From Macrostomum lignano (taxonomy: Eukaryota): a stretch of DNA of 64,000 nt. Where the stretch lies: positions 1 to 64,000 of the forward strand of contig NIVC01003278.1 in assembly GCA_002269645.1 (NCBI GenBank), written 5' to 3'. A program made the translations under genes and the position numbers. Below the pieces are notes generated by a model. The model was given only the letters and a program-made list of their open reading frames with translations, did no database searches and was not told the DNA's origin. Below, one piece after another: positions 36,680 through 50,200 of the stretch (the first letter of the stretch is position 1; every line of letters starts with the position of its first letter).

Positions 36680-38600
36680 CTAATCACTCCTGCGACTTCT
36701 AATCACCTCTGTCTCCCTTATCACCTAGCGATCACCTCTAATCCCTTCTGTCACTTCTAATCACATCTGTCACCTCTAATCACATCTATCACCTCTAATC
36801 CCTTCTGTCACTTCTAATCACATCTGTCACTTCTAATCACATCTGTCACCTCTAATCCCTTCTGTCACTTCTAATCACATATGTCACCTCTAATCACATC
36901 TGTCACCTCTAATCCCTTCAGTCACTTTTAATCACATCTGTCACTTCTAATCACATCTGTCACCTCTAATCACCTCTAATCACCTCCGTCTCCTCTAATC
37001 CCCTCTGTCACCTCTAATCACATCTGTCTTCTCTAATCACATCTGTCACCTCTAATCACATCTGTCACCTCTAATCACATCTGTCACCTCTAATCACATC
37101 TGTCACTTCTAATCACATCTGTCACCTCTAATCACCTCTAATCACCTCTGTCACCTCTAATCCCCTCTGTCACCTCTAATCACATCTGTCACCTCTAATC
37201 ACATTTGTCACCTCTAATCCCTTCTGTCACTTCTAATCACATCTGTCTCCTCTAATCCCCTCTGTCACCTCTAATCCCCTCTGTCACCTCTAATCACATC
37301 TGTCACCTCTAATCACATTTGTCACCTCTAATCCCTTCTGTCTCCTCTAATCACATTTGTCACCTCTAATCCCTTTTGTCACCTCTAATCACATCTGTCA
37401 CCTCTAATCACATTTGTCACCTCTAATCCCTTCTGTCACTTCTAATCACCTCTGTCACCTCTAATCCCCTCTGTCACCTCTAATCCTCTCTGTCACCTCT
37501 AATCACATCTGTCACCTCTAATCACATCTGTCACCTCTAATCACATCTGTCACCTCTAATCACATCTGTCACCTCTAATCACATCTGTCACTTCTAATCA
37601 CATCTGTCACCTCTAATCACCTCTAATCACCTCTGTCACCTCTAATCCCCTCTGTCACCTCTAATCACATCTGTCACCTCTAATCACATCTGTCACCTCT
37701 AATCACATCTGTCACTTCTAATCACATCTGTCACCTCTAATCACCTCTAATCACCTCTGTCTCCTCTAATCCCCTCTGTCACCTCTAATCACATCTGTCA
37801 CCTCTAATCACATCTGTCACCTCTAATCACATCTGTCACCTCTAATCACATCTGTCACCTCTAATCACATCTGTCACCTCTAATCACATCTGTCACCTCT
37901 AATCACATCTGTCACTTCTAATCACATCTGTCACCTCTAATCACCTCTAATCACCTCTGTCACCTCTAATCCCCTCTGTCACCTCTAATCACATCTGTCA
38001 CCTCTAATCACATCTGTCACCTCTAATCACATCTGTCACTTCTAATCACATCTGTCACCTCTAATCACCTCTAATCACCTCTGTCTCCTCTAATCCCCTC
38101 TGTCACCTCTAATCACATCTGTCACCTCTAATCACATCTGTCACCTCTAATCACATCTGTCACCTCTAATCACATCTGTCACCTCTAATCACATCTGTCA
38201 CTTCTAATCACATCTGTCACCTCTAATCACCTCTAATCACCTCTGTCTCCTCTAATCCCCTCTGTCACTCTAATCACATCTGTCACCTCTAATCACATCT
38301 GTCACCTCTAATCACATCTGTCACCTCTAATCACATCTGTCACCTCTAATCACATCTGTCACTTCTAATCACATCTGTCACCTCTAATCACCTCTAATCA
38401 CCTCTGTCTCCTCTAATCCCCTCCGTCACCTCTAATCACATCTGTCACCTCTAATCACATGTGTCACATCTAATCACATCTGTCACTTCTAATCACATCT
38501 GTAACATCTAATCACATCTGTCACTTCTAATCACATCTGTAACATCTAATCACATCTGTCACTTCTAATCACCTCTAATCACCTCTATCATCTCTAATCA
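36680..38600. repeat. 19-bp minisatellite (ctctaatcacatctgtcac) with recurring variant blocks
   Basis: Direct inspection; downstream of the ENaC stop codon. Confidence 0.95.
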
Positions 38601-38834
38601 CGTCAGTCACTCATATTTGTCCCAGAAAAATCTCGGCATCAAATTCTGCAAACGTCTGAATACTTTATTAATTCAGCAATTCTGAGTACAGATAAATAAG
38701 GTTAATTAAATTTCTAAATTAAATGTTATTCCGCTTGATAATTATCGTCACGAAAAATCAAAATTAAACCGATTGAAAAGATCGGAGTTAATCATCTTAT
38801 TAAATCAATTATTCATAAATAGCTATAGATAGAT

Positions 38835-39135
38835 GGGGTTGCAGCCTAGTGGTCAGAGCATCGGACTCACGACTTGAAGGTCGGGGGTTCGATTCCCGAA
38901 TCCCACTGGAACAATTTGTGTCCCTGAGCAGGACACTCAACTCTGCATTGCTTCAGTTCACCCAGCTGTAAAATGGGTGCCAGCATTAGCTGAGGTAATT
39001 GAGGCTGTGTGTGGCGACCCCCCAGTCCTTGGACTGAACAGCCGTACGCAGCCTTCAGATGTGGCCGCGCAATAGCTGCGGCTGAGCTGTCGGTTGCACA
39101 TGGGCAGGTGTAGTCGATTATTATTATTATATTAT
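38835..39135 (+). mobile_element. tRNA-derived SINE, apparently full-length copy
   Basis: tRNA-like head (GCAGCCTAGTGG A-box-like, GGTTCGATTCC B-box), central ccctgagcaggacactcaactctgcattgcttcagttcacccagctgtaaaatgggtgcc segment, 3' body shared with 13446-13635, (ATT)n tail. Confidence 0.85.
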
Positions 39136-39989
39136 ATAATTTATAACAGTAGCCAGTTCGAAGTCTGAATTCCATCAGATAAACTAGTAATCGATACAAA
39201 TACACAATTCACAATATAGCTATATTTATTTGTTTTATAACTTTTAAGACATTAAAGGTAACAGATTCTGACAGTGTTTAAGTTAGCTAGCTATTATTAA
39301 CGAGTAAATTGCCAGGATAAAGCTGACTAGTGATTCAAATTTAGAAAAAGCACAGCTTAAGCAATTATGAAACTTAACATGAAATGCGGTTTGTTAATCT
39401 ATAGATATCCGTTTTAGCTATAATATTTTTACAGGTAGCAATTGACAGATTTATTAACTAAATTGTAATTAACTACTTATTGCGCATATAATTATAAAGA
39501 GTAGCTAGGCTAATTTTAAGGATTTCATATCAGAAAAAATCCATTATAGATGGCTAGTTATGAATAATTTTTAGGACATTAATGATCTCTCATACAGCTG
39601 CTGACAAGCCACAGTTGCACTAAAGAAATGACAAAATTCAGGAAATATGAATACGTACAATCACAGCGCCATATAAGTCAAAGTTTACTTAGCCACTTGC
39701 CTTAAAGCAACTCTTCCCCAAACACTAGCCGAATAATCCAAATAACTAGCTAATCCTTACCTTCCATTCACCTGGATATGATGCCAATAATCCTTGAAGT
39801 TGCCTTAGGAAATTTTTTCCTTATCAGCCGGCACACCCATTCACAGATCGAGGATTATTGTGTCAACTGCAGTTTTCCTTAACATTGAAGGTTCCTCAAA
39901 AGTGATAAACTATTTGCTTCATTGTTAGCTGCCTAACTAAAGTAGGGATGGTCTAAAATAGCTAGCAATGACCTATATTTCAGGAGAAT

Positions 39990-40970
39990 GATCTACAATC
40001 TATGACCAATAATTCACGAGGAGGATCTATAATCTATGACCAATAATTCACGAGGAGGATCTATAATCTATGACCAATAATTCACGAGGATGATCTATAA
40101 TCTATGACCAATAATTCACGAGGATGATCTATAATCTATGACCAATAATTCACGAGGAGGATCTATAATCTATGACCAATAATTCACGAGGAGGATCTAT
40201 ATCTATGACCAATAATTCACTAGGATGATCTATAATCTATGACCAATAATTCACGAGGATGATCTATAATCTATGACCAATAATTCACGAGGAGGATCTA
40301 TAATCTATGACCGATAATTCACGAGGTTGATCTATAAGCTATGACCTATAGTTTACGAGGAGGATCTATAATCTATGACCAATAATTCACGAGGAGGATT
40401 TATAATCTATGACCAATAATTCACGAGGAGGATCTATAATCTATGACCAATAATTCACGAGGAGGATCTATAATCTATGACCAATAATTCACGAGGAGGA
40501 TCTATAATCTATGACCAATAATTCACTAGGATGATCTATAATCTATGACCAATAATTCACGAGGATGATCTATAATCTATGACCAATAATTCACGAGGAG
40601 GATCTATAATCTATGACCGATAATTCACGAGGTTGATCTATAAGCTATGACCTATAGTTTACGAGGAGGATCTATAATCTATGACCAATAATTCACGAGG
40701 AGGATTTATAATCTATGACCAATAATTCACGAGGAGGATCTATAATCTATGATCAATAATTCACGAGGATGATCTATAATCTATGACCAATAATTCACGA
40801 GGAGGATCTATAATCTATGACCAATAATTCACGAGGAGGATCTATAATCTATGACCAATAATTCACGAGGAGGATCTATAATCTATGACCTATAGTTTAC
40901 GAGGAGGATCTATAATCTATGACCAATAATTCACGAGGAGGATCTATAATCTATGACCAATAATTGAAGA
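39990..40970. repeat. 34-bp minisatellite (aataattcacgaggaggatctataatctatgacc)
   Basis: Period 34; variant units recur 306 bp apart (9 units). Confidence 0.95.
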
Positions 40971-41248
40971 GGAACTTGGTAACTACCATTGTTTAATATT
41001 TTTTGCTTCGTTTTGACGTTGCTGCCTGAATTTTATCGACTTTAATCATAGAAAAATGTACTTTCATTTGTACTCTTTCTAACAAAATTACAATATGCTC
41101 TGCCGTCTAAATGAGAAAAAATTTCAATAGTTTTGGAAGTCTCGTGCTAAAAAACTCCGAAACCTCCCTCCTGTAATGCATTTCAAAGTAAATTTGGACA
41201 CACATTCGCTAGATACTACTGACACCAACAAAGTAGTCCAGATCGCCG

Positions 41249-44200
41249 CTAGCTAGCCTTGAATTTGTAGATTTCTTTCCACAGGTCGGCCAGCAATGCG
41301 ACGCTGTGGCACCGATACAGGCAGTGCATCGGCAGGCCGACGCGTTCGATCACCGACAGACTCCCTCTGGACGGCTCTGCCGTGGCGAATCCCAACAGTG
41401 CAATATTTGCCACTAGCAGGTAGGTCACGAGTTCGCGTCCCGGCTTCTCCCTGGCGTGCAGAGCTTTGTAGCAGCGACGCCGCCGGGCGGTGCACAGCAG
41501 GGCGAGCTGGGCCGCGGCCTGCACCGGCTGGGCCAGGCAGGTGAGCACTCGATGAGGCGGCGGCGCAGGCTCAGCATCCCCAGACGGAACCAGGCCAGCC
41601 AGCCAATACAAGCAGCCGCCGCCGAAACCCAGCAGCTGGAGAGCTTCATCCAGCGGCCAGTTGAGCTGCTTAGAAGCTTCGTACAGCAGGTCGGCCAAGC
41701 GTGGAAAGGCCGCCAGAGTTGCCGCTAGGCTGGCTGCGAGCAGCGCCAGTTCGCTGCAGTGCGACACCAGACTGGCAGCCCGATGGAACCGAGGCTGCTG
41801 CCACAGAGCCGCCGAGGTCAACAGGGCGACAGCGGCGCAGACGAGCGAGGCCAGGCCGAGGCAGAGGCCTCGATGCGAGCCGTCGCACGTGTTCCGTCGT
41901 TGACGTCGATAAGTTGCAGCTGGCGACGTCGACAAGAGTCGATGAGGACTTTGCTGACTGTCCATCGCAGCGGATTCCGACGCCGCCGCCGCTGCAGCAG
42001 CCACTGCTTCATCATCATCGTCGTCTTCGAGATCTTCGCCGAGGATTTGTCGACGGCGCGGTGGCCAGAGTTGGCCGACATTTTGCCAGACGGCGCAGAG
42101 GATCGCTGTGGGTGAAGAGTTTGGGGGTCTCTCTTAACATCACTGAACGATTTGTAGGGGCAAATTCGATTGCGAAGCTGCTTGAAGAGGATTTAGTCTA
42201 CTGGGTGGAGGACCGAGGGTCCAAGATTTGGAGGTGAAGTCAGTGCTTCATGGCCTGAGGATTTGGAGGTGAAGTCAGCGCTTCATGGCCTGAGGATTTG
42301 GAGGTGAAGTCAGTGCTTCATGGCCTGAGGATTTGGAGGTGAAGTCAGTGCTTCTTGGCCTGAGGATTTGGAGGTGAAGTCAGTGCTTCTTGGCCTGAGG
42401 ATTTGGAGGTGAAGTCAGTGTTTCATGGGCCTAAAGATTTGGAGGTGAAGTCGGTGCTGTATGGGCCTGAAGATTCGGAGGTGAAGTCAGCGCTTCATGG
42501 CCTGAAGATTCGGAGGTGAAGTCAGCGCTTCATGGCCTGAAGATTCGGAGGTGAAGTCAGTGCTTCATGGCCTGAGGATTTGGAGGTGAAGTCAGTGCTT
42601 CTTGGCCTGAGGATTTGGAGGTGAAGTCAGTGCTTCTTGGCCTGAAGATTTGGAGGTGAAGTCAGTGTTTCATGGGCCTAAAGATTTGGAGGTGAAGTCG
42701 GTGCTGTATGGGCCTGAAGATTCGGAGGTGAAGTCAGCGCTTCATGGCCTGAAGATTCGGAGGTGAAGTCAGTGCTTCATGGCCTGAGGATTTGGAGGTG
42801 AAGTCAGTGCTTCATGGCCTGAGGATTTGGAGGTGAAGTCAGTGCTTCATGGCCTGAAGATTCGGAGGTGAAGTCAGCACTTCATGGCCTGAAGATTCGG
42901 AGGTGAAGTCAGTGCTTGTTGGCCTGAGGATTTGGAGGTGAAGTCAGCGCTCATAGGTCTGAATTTTACACTACGAACTCACCAGCAGACAGAGCGCAGT
43001 ACTGCACAGTGACAGGAAACAGGTACGGATCGCTCTTCCAAATCATGTCCCTGATGAAACTGTCTGTATCCGTGGCACACGACGAATTTCTATCGTATGC
43101 CGGAGGTGTCTCAGTTGACAGGTGTCTATCAATGGTTGCTATGCTGTGATTCCTATCCAGCAAAGAACTTTGAGCACTGGTGCGAAGACTCGAGTCGAGT
43201 AGTACTGTTCTCAACCAGACGCAGGTATTGGTGGCGACCAGATGTGCTAGGAAAAATCTAGCCACTACCTGATACTTGTTGATACACATCTGCGGGTATG
43301 CAAGGTTATCATGTAATCTCACCCCTAATTATCGATGGGATCATGTAATCTCACCCCTTATTATCGATGAGATCGTGGAATCTCACCCCTTATTATCGAT
43401 GGAATCATGGAATCTCACCCCTTATTATCGATGAGATCGTGGAATCTCACCCCTTATTATCGATGGGATCATGGAATCTCACCCCTTATTATCGATGGGA
43501 TCATGGAATCTCACCCCTTATTATCGATGGGATTATGGAATCTCACCCCTTATTATCGATGGGATCATGGAATCTCACCCCTTATTATCGACGGGACCAT
43601 ATGGAATCTCACCCCTAAGTATCGATTGAATCATGAAATCTCACCCCTTATTATCGATGGGATCGTGGAATCTCACCCCTTACTATCGATAGGATCATAG
43701 AATCTCACCCCTTATTATCGATGGAATCATGGAATCTCACCCCTTATTATGTATAGGGTAATGAATGTAGTCTCACCTCTTATTATGTATGGGACCATAG
43801 AATCTCACTCCTAAATATGTATGGGATCATGGAATCTCACCTCTTATTATTTATGGGATCATGTAATTTCACCCCTAATTATCGATGGGATCATGGAATA
43901 CACCCCTAATTATCGATGGGATCATGAGATCTCATCCCTTAATTATTTACGATGAGATCTAGAAAAAAAATAATTTAATAACGAAGCTATCAATATTTTG
44001 GTTACAAATAATATATGAAAATTTTCACCAGCGCTACTTACAGTAGCACTAACAGAAGTATTCAAATTACTGCTATCTTAAGTTTTAAACAAAAACATTT
44101 TGCAGAGTGCAAACTAAACGCGGCCCAAGTCTAGAAGTAATTCTCGATCCACTTTGAAATTTTTTGTAACTTTCGCTTTTTCAATCGAAGTCGCGGTCTC

Positions 44201-47200
44201 GAGTTTCGCTTGGCTGTCTTTCTCGTTGGAAACACGCTGGAATTTTCACAAAAAAGAAGTCGTCCGGGACACTTCGCTTCTGCGGTGGACGGGCTCGGTC
44301 GGTAAAAGCTAGGAGGCTTCGCGGAGCCTAATTAAAGCGGTCACCAAAAGACCCGAAGAGCACTCACTAAGGAAGAGTGTGGGATGGGAAGAGAAGAGGA
44401 GAATCGGTCAGAGTGGGACGGGAGGCTGACTCAAAGAGAGGGCAAATTGTTAGAAAATAGACTAAGCCAGCTGGGATGCTCGAGGGCTATTCTAAACTAG
44501 ATCCGCCTCCACCACACAGCCATCATCCTCTAACTTTCACCTGGAGCTCTAATCCCCTGTGGGCTTTAATCTCTCCTCCCCCACTAAGGATGAAAGGATG
44601 TGAACTGAATATGTTGTCCACTATTCTTTATTAAAAAAGGTCTTTCACAACTGCTATAGTTAGCTAATGCCCTGTAAAGTCTCTAAGTCTATTATTTGTA
44701 GCACAATGCTACCCCATCCTTGCTTGCTTTGTGACTTGCTTTCTAATTTCACCTTTTTTACGTTGAACAGCTACTGAGTTCTTTTAAACTCTTCATAAGT
44801 TTATTAAACTGAAGACTACGGCTTTTACCTGTATTAAATTTTCCAGCCAAGTTTATCGGGTAAAATATTGACAAACTTTGAGAGCCTGTTGCCTTTTGAA
44901 GAAGCAAGCTATTTCAAAAATGACTAAGACCTTCTATGGCACGTTCTTAAGACACCTCATGGCCCGTCCTTAAGACTTTGTATGGCACGTTCTTAAGACA
45001 CCTCATGGCCCGTCCTTAAGACTTTCTATGGCACGTTCTTAAGACACCTCATGGCCCGTCCTTAAGACTTTCTATGGCACGTTCTTAAGACACCTCATGG
45101 CCCGTCCTTAAGACTTTGTATGGCACGTTCTTAAGACACCTCATGGCCCGTCCTTAAGACTTTCTATGGCACGTTCTTAAGACACCTCATGGCCCGTCCT
45201 TAAGACTTTCTATGGCACGTTCTTAAGACACCTCATGGCCCGTCCTTAAGACTTTCTATGGCACGTTCTTAAGACACCTCATGGCCCGTCCTTAAGACTT
45301 TCTATGGCACGTTCTTAAGACACCTCATGGCCCGTCCTTAAGACTTTCTATGGCACGTTCTTAAGACACCTCATGGCCCGTTCTTGACACCCCATAGCAC
45401 GTCTTTAAGACACCCCATGGCACGACCTCAAGACACCCCATGGCAGTCATTAAGACAACCCATGGCAAGTGCTTAAGTGCTTAAGGCATCCCATGGCACG
45501 TTCATAAGACACTCTAAGGCACGATCTTAAAAGAGCCCATGGCACGTTCATAAGACACTCTAAAGCAGGATCTTAAGAGACCCCATCGCACGAACTTAAG
45601 ACACCCCATGGCGCGTTATTAAGACATCCCATGGCAAGTCCTTAAGACACCCTAAGGCACGTCGTTAAGTCACCCCATGGCAAGTCCTTAAGACACCCTA
45701 AGGCACGTCGTTAAGACATCCCATGGCACGTTCTTAAGACACTCCATGGCAGTCCTCAAGACAGCCCATGGCACGACCTTAAGGCACCCCATAACACGTA
45801 CTTAAGACAACCTACGGCACGTCCTTAAAACACCTTCTATGGTACACCTAAATGACATGATTGTCTAACACTAACTTGCATTTTCCCTAGGAACAGTGAA
45901 GGCATTACAAACAAGCTCAAGAAGCGATCGATTCATCAAGCTCTCTAGGCTCTAAGTGTCGTCATCCCATCAATTGAACTCACCTTCGCATTCATAAAGA
46001 AGAGAAAATTCAACTGAACAAAGGTGAACAGGATGCTAAGAGCGCCGCGTATTGGCACAATGGGATGCGAGCAGTTGGTCAGCTGGGATCCGTGCTGCAG
46101 ACTCGCGGCCAGGGCTATCCCGTCTCGAATCATTGAGGCGATGCCAAACACTGCAAAGTGTAAAGTTCAATGCTGGATGTAAGGCAGTGTACCTTTTAGC
46201 GGTCAGGTGGAGAATATAAGGGAACTGATAGTATGTGAATCTTGAACAGACGTTATCAACTGTCACTCTTTTGTCATGGCCAGATGGCAACTTTGTGGTT
46301 ACTTGTACCATAATTTACGGCTCGTGGAGGCTATTAGCTCGTAAAAATGGTTTTTCCGTGATAGCTATTATCGTGTGACTATTGTGTGACTATCGTGTGA
46401 CTATCGAGTGACTATCGTGTGACTATCGAGTGAATATCATGTAACTATCATGTGACTATCGTGTGACTACCGTGTGACTATCGTGTGATTATCGTGTGAC
46501 TATCGAGTGACTATCGTGTGACTACCGTGTGACTATCGTGTGAATATCGTGTAACTATCATGTGACTATCGTGTGACTATCGTGTGACTATCGTGTGATT
46601 ATCGTGTGACTATCGTGTGGCTATCGTGTGAATATCATGTAACTATCATGTGACTATCGTGTGACTACCGTGTGACTATCGAGTGACCATCGTGTGACTA
46701 TCGAGTGACTATCGTGTGACTACCGTGTGACTATCGTGTGAATATCGTGTAACTATCATGTGACTATCGTGTGACTATCGTGTGACTATCGTGTGATTAT
46801 CGTGTGACTATCTTGTGACTACCGGTATAGTGTGATTATTATGTGATTATAGTGTGGCTATCGTGTGATAATCGTGTGATTCTCACTTCTCATTGACAAG
46901 TACTCAATTGTGAGGTGTAATGAGATGTATTACAACAGTGAATTCAGCTTAGAATATAGGCAGGTTTGGAGCGTCAATGATATATTCCAATGATATCTAT
47001 ACATGTATCGGTAAAAAGCATACTGTACTATTCCTGTGCATGTTTGACTCATCTGCCTCGAGCCTCGAGAGAGATCAGACGCGTCACATTGGTCATTGCA
47101 GAGAATTCTAGCCTACAGAAGGGTGCCATAAAACTGCTACTAAAAAAACTTGCCCAGCAGGAGTCCAACTGCAATTCCTTCTCTTACTTCAGACAAAAAT

Positions 47201-50200
47201 AATCAATGGTCGTAAAATTTAGGGCTTTACTTGACTATTTTCAACACAACAATGTGTACGGGGATGACTAAGCTTAGGTAACTAATATTAGTTCACGGGA
47301 ATTAAAAGTCAGGCATCAATTTTTCCCTATGTAGAACACCCGTAGAGGTGTTAGAACTAGCTAAACCACTGTGATATGGTACACTTTCATTTTTTGCTCC
47401 CAGAGTGATTCCAACCGCGGGGGATCTGTTGTAGAGGCTCACGGTTGTAAAACTCAAAGTCTGCGGATAAAAAATGCTTGTGACTCACTCTGCACTGGAC
47501 TGTCAGGAGTTAGCTGTGCCTGTGTTGTGGGCAGACGACTCCATGGTCACTGCGCCTGGTCAGTGCTGGCATGCTCCTACCCCGCCCTGTGTCTAAACAC
47601 AAATGTCCGATGCAGCACAGCTTAATCCTGTTGCGCAACTGCCTCTATACCTTCAACTCAACTTGGACAGGAAGCTGGTGTGAAAGTGTGATGAAGCTGA
47701 TGACACACTTCGAGTTGTTGCTGTCAGATTGTGCAACTAGTCGAGAGATTTTTTACCTAAGAAACTAACACTCAGATGTCTACACATCATTATTGTTTAC
47801 ATCATGTTGGCACCTTCTGCTTATACTGAAACAACCACTCTTCACTTGCCACTCTCTGTGATACCCAATGACTCTTCACTTGCCACTCTCTGTGATACCC
47901 AATGACTCTTCACCGTGTCACACTCTGTGATACCCATGACTCTTCACCGTGTCACACTCTGTGATACCCAATGACTCTTCACTTGCCACTCTCTGTGATA
48001 CCCAATGACTCTTCACCGTGTCACACTCTGTGATACCCAATGACTCTTCACTTGTCTCACTCTGTGATACCCAATAGTTCCCGACTTTGTCACACTCTGT
48101 GATACCCAATAGTTCCCGACTTTGTCACACTCTGTGATACCCAATAGTTCCCGACTTTGTCACACTCTGTGATACCCAATAGTTCCCGACTTTGTCACAC
48201 TCTGTGATACCCAATGACTCTTCACTGTGTCACACTCTGTGATACCCAATGGCTCTTCACTGTGTCACACTCTGTGATACCCAATGGCTCTTCACTGTGT
48301 CACACACTCTCTGTGATACCCAATGACTCTTCACTGCGTCACACACTCTCTGTGATACCCAATGACGTCACACTCACACTTTTTTTACACATTTTGTGTA
48401 AAAATGTTTATTGAAAATCGACAAAAATTATATCAATGCCACCGCGAAAATTGATAATGACAGCGACATCAGCAAATAATCTTCCAAAAGCCCAGAAAAT
48501 TCAGCATTGCAAAGGCCGATAGAGAGGAGCCACAGTCGCTATGGATTACGTCATCAATGATTGGCTTTAGCAAAATTAATGGTTAAACACCTGATATATA
48601 AGGCCTATATGTATGATTATTAACCTTATTATTGTTGTTGGCAGTGCGTGTGATGCAATAATGATTGAGTATTAAGTATAGAGATCAGGGGAGGATTGAA
48701 AGGGGGGATGGGTGACTCATACTGAAGCAAATTCCGCAATTCTAGTTAAACAAAACCGAAAATTCTCAGGATGTAATCTTTAAGCTTTTGCGCTAAAAGC
48801 GTTGAGGTAAGGCATACATGACTCATTGCTTGCCTTCACTTCACCCGTGTCACTCTCCATTTCTTCAGTCACTCTACCGGCCAAGCCACCTCATTGTCAC
48901 TCTCCTTCATTCTTCAGTCACTCTACCGGCCAAGCCACCTCATTGTCACTCTCCTTCATTCTTCAGTCACTCTACTGGCCAAGCCACCTCATTGTCACTC
49001 TCCTTCATTCTTCAGTCACTCTACTGGCCAAGCCACCTCATTGTCACTCTCCTTCATTCTTCAGTCACTCTACCGGCCAATCTACCTCATTGTCACTCTG
49101 CTTCATTTCTTCAGTCACTCTACTGGCCAAGCCACCTCATTGTCACTCTCCTTCATTCTTCAGTCACTCTACTGGCCAAGCCACCTCATTGTCACTCTCC
49201 TTCATTCTTCAGTCACTCTACTGGCCAAGCCACCTCATTGTCACTCTCCTTCATTTCTTCAGTCACTCTACTGGCCAAGCCACCTCATTGTCACTCTCCT
49301 TCATTCTTCAGTCACTCTACTGGCCAAGCCACCTCATTGTCACTCTCCTTCATTCTTCAGTCACTCTACTGGCCAAGCCACCTCATTGTCACTCTCCTTC
49401 ATTTCTTCAGTCACTTCACCGACAAATCTACCTCATTGTCACTGTTTCATTTCTTCAGTCACTTCATCCCCAAGTATTTTTAAAAAATTCACTTTGTTTC
49501 ATCCCTTTCACAGGTAAAAAGCTAAAAACCATAATTAACACAGAATTTCTTGTAGCCAGAGCTCGCTAGAGTTCATCGTGCCAAAAAACTGGTCCGTAGC
49601 AAGAAGCACGGAAGCCACATAGTGCTGCAAGACTTTGTCAGCCATAAATTATGCATTAATTGGTAGTTTTGATGGCTGCACTAGAGAAAGAAAAAGAGGC
49701 CAGTTCTGAGGCTCTCTACGTGTGGGACACGCGACACCAATTGTGCAATGCTGGGTAAGTTGGGGAGATGAGATGAAATAAAACATTCGTAGCTGACAAA
49801 CAAGTGACTAGTTGGCATTTAAGACTGGATAATAGACGAAATTTGAGAATAATGCGTAGACTAGAGACTCATGGTTAGATTAGACCTATTGAGAAAGTAC
49901 AGATTAGATTAGATTAGAGACTAACGATTAGATTAGATTAGAGACTAATGAATAGATTCGATTAGATACTAATGAGTAGATTAGGTTAGAGAAAAATAAT
50001 TAGATTAGATAAGAGACTAATGGTTAGATTAGATTAGAGACTAATGGTTAGATTAGATTAGAGACTAATGGTTAGATTATATTAGAGACTAATGAGTAGA
50101 TTAGATTAGAGACTAATGAGTAGATTAGATTAGAGACTAATGAGTAGATTAGATTAGAGACTAATGGTTATATTAGATTAGAGACTAATGAGTAGATTAG

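Noticed and set aside
38835-38905. tRNA gene
   Set aside because: Acceptor stem and anticodon arm pair poorly, there is no Pol III terminator after the head, and the sequence continues into a repeated SINE body.
39990-49450. 30-50-bp tandem repeats superficially like CRISPR arrays
   Set aside because: Units are contiguous with no unique spacers, there are no cas genes, and the context is a eukaryotic intron or intergenic region.
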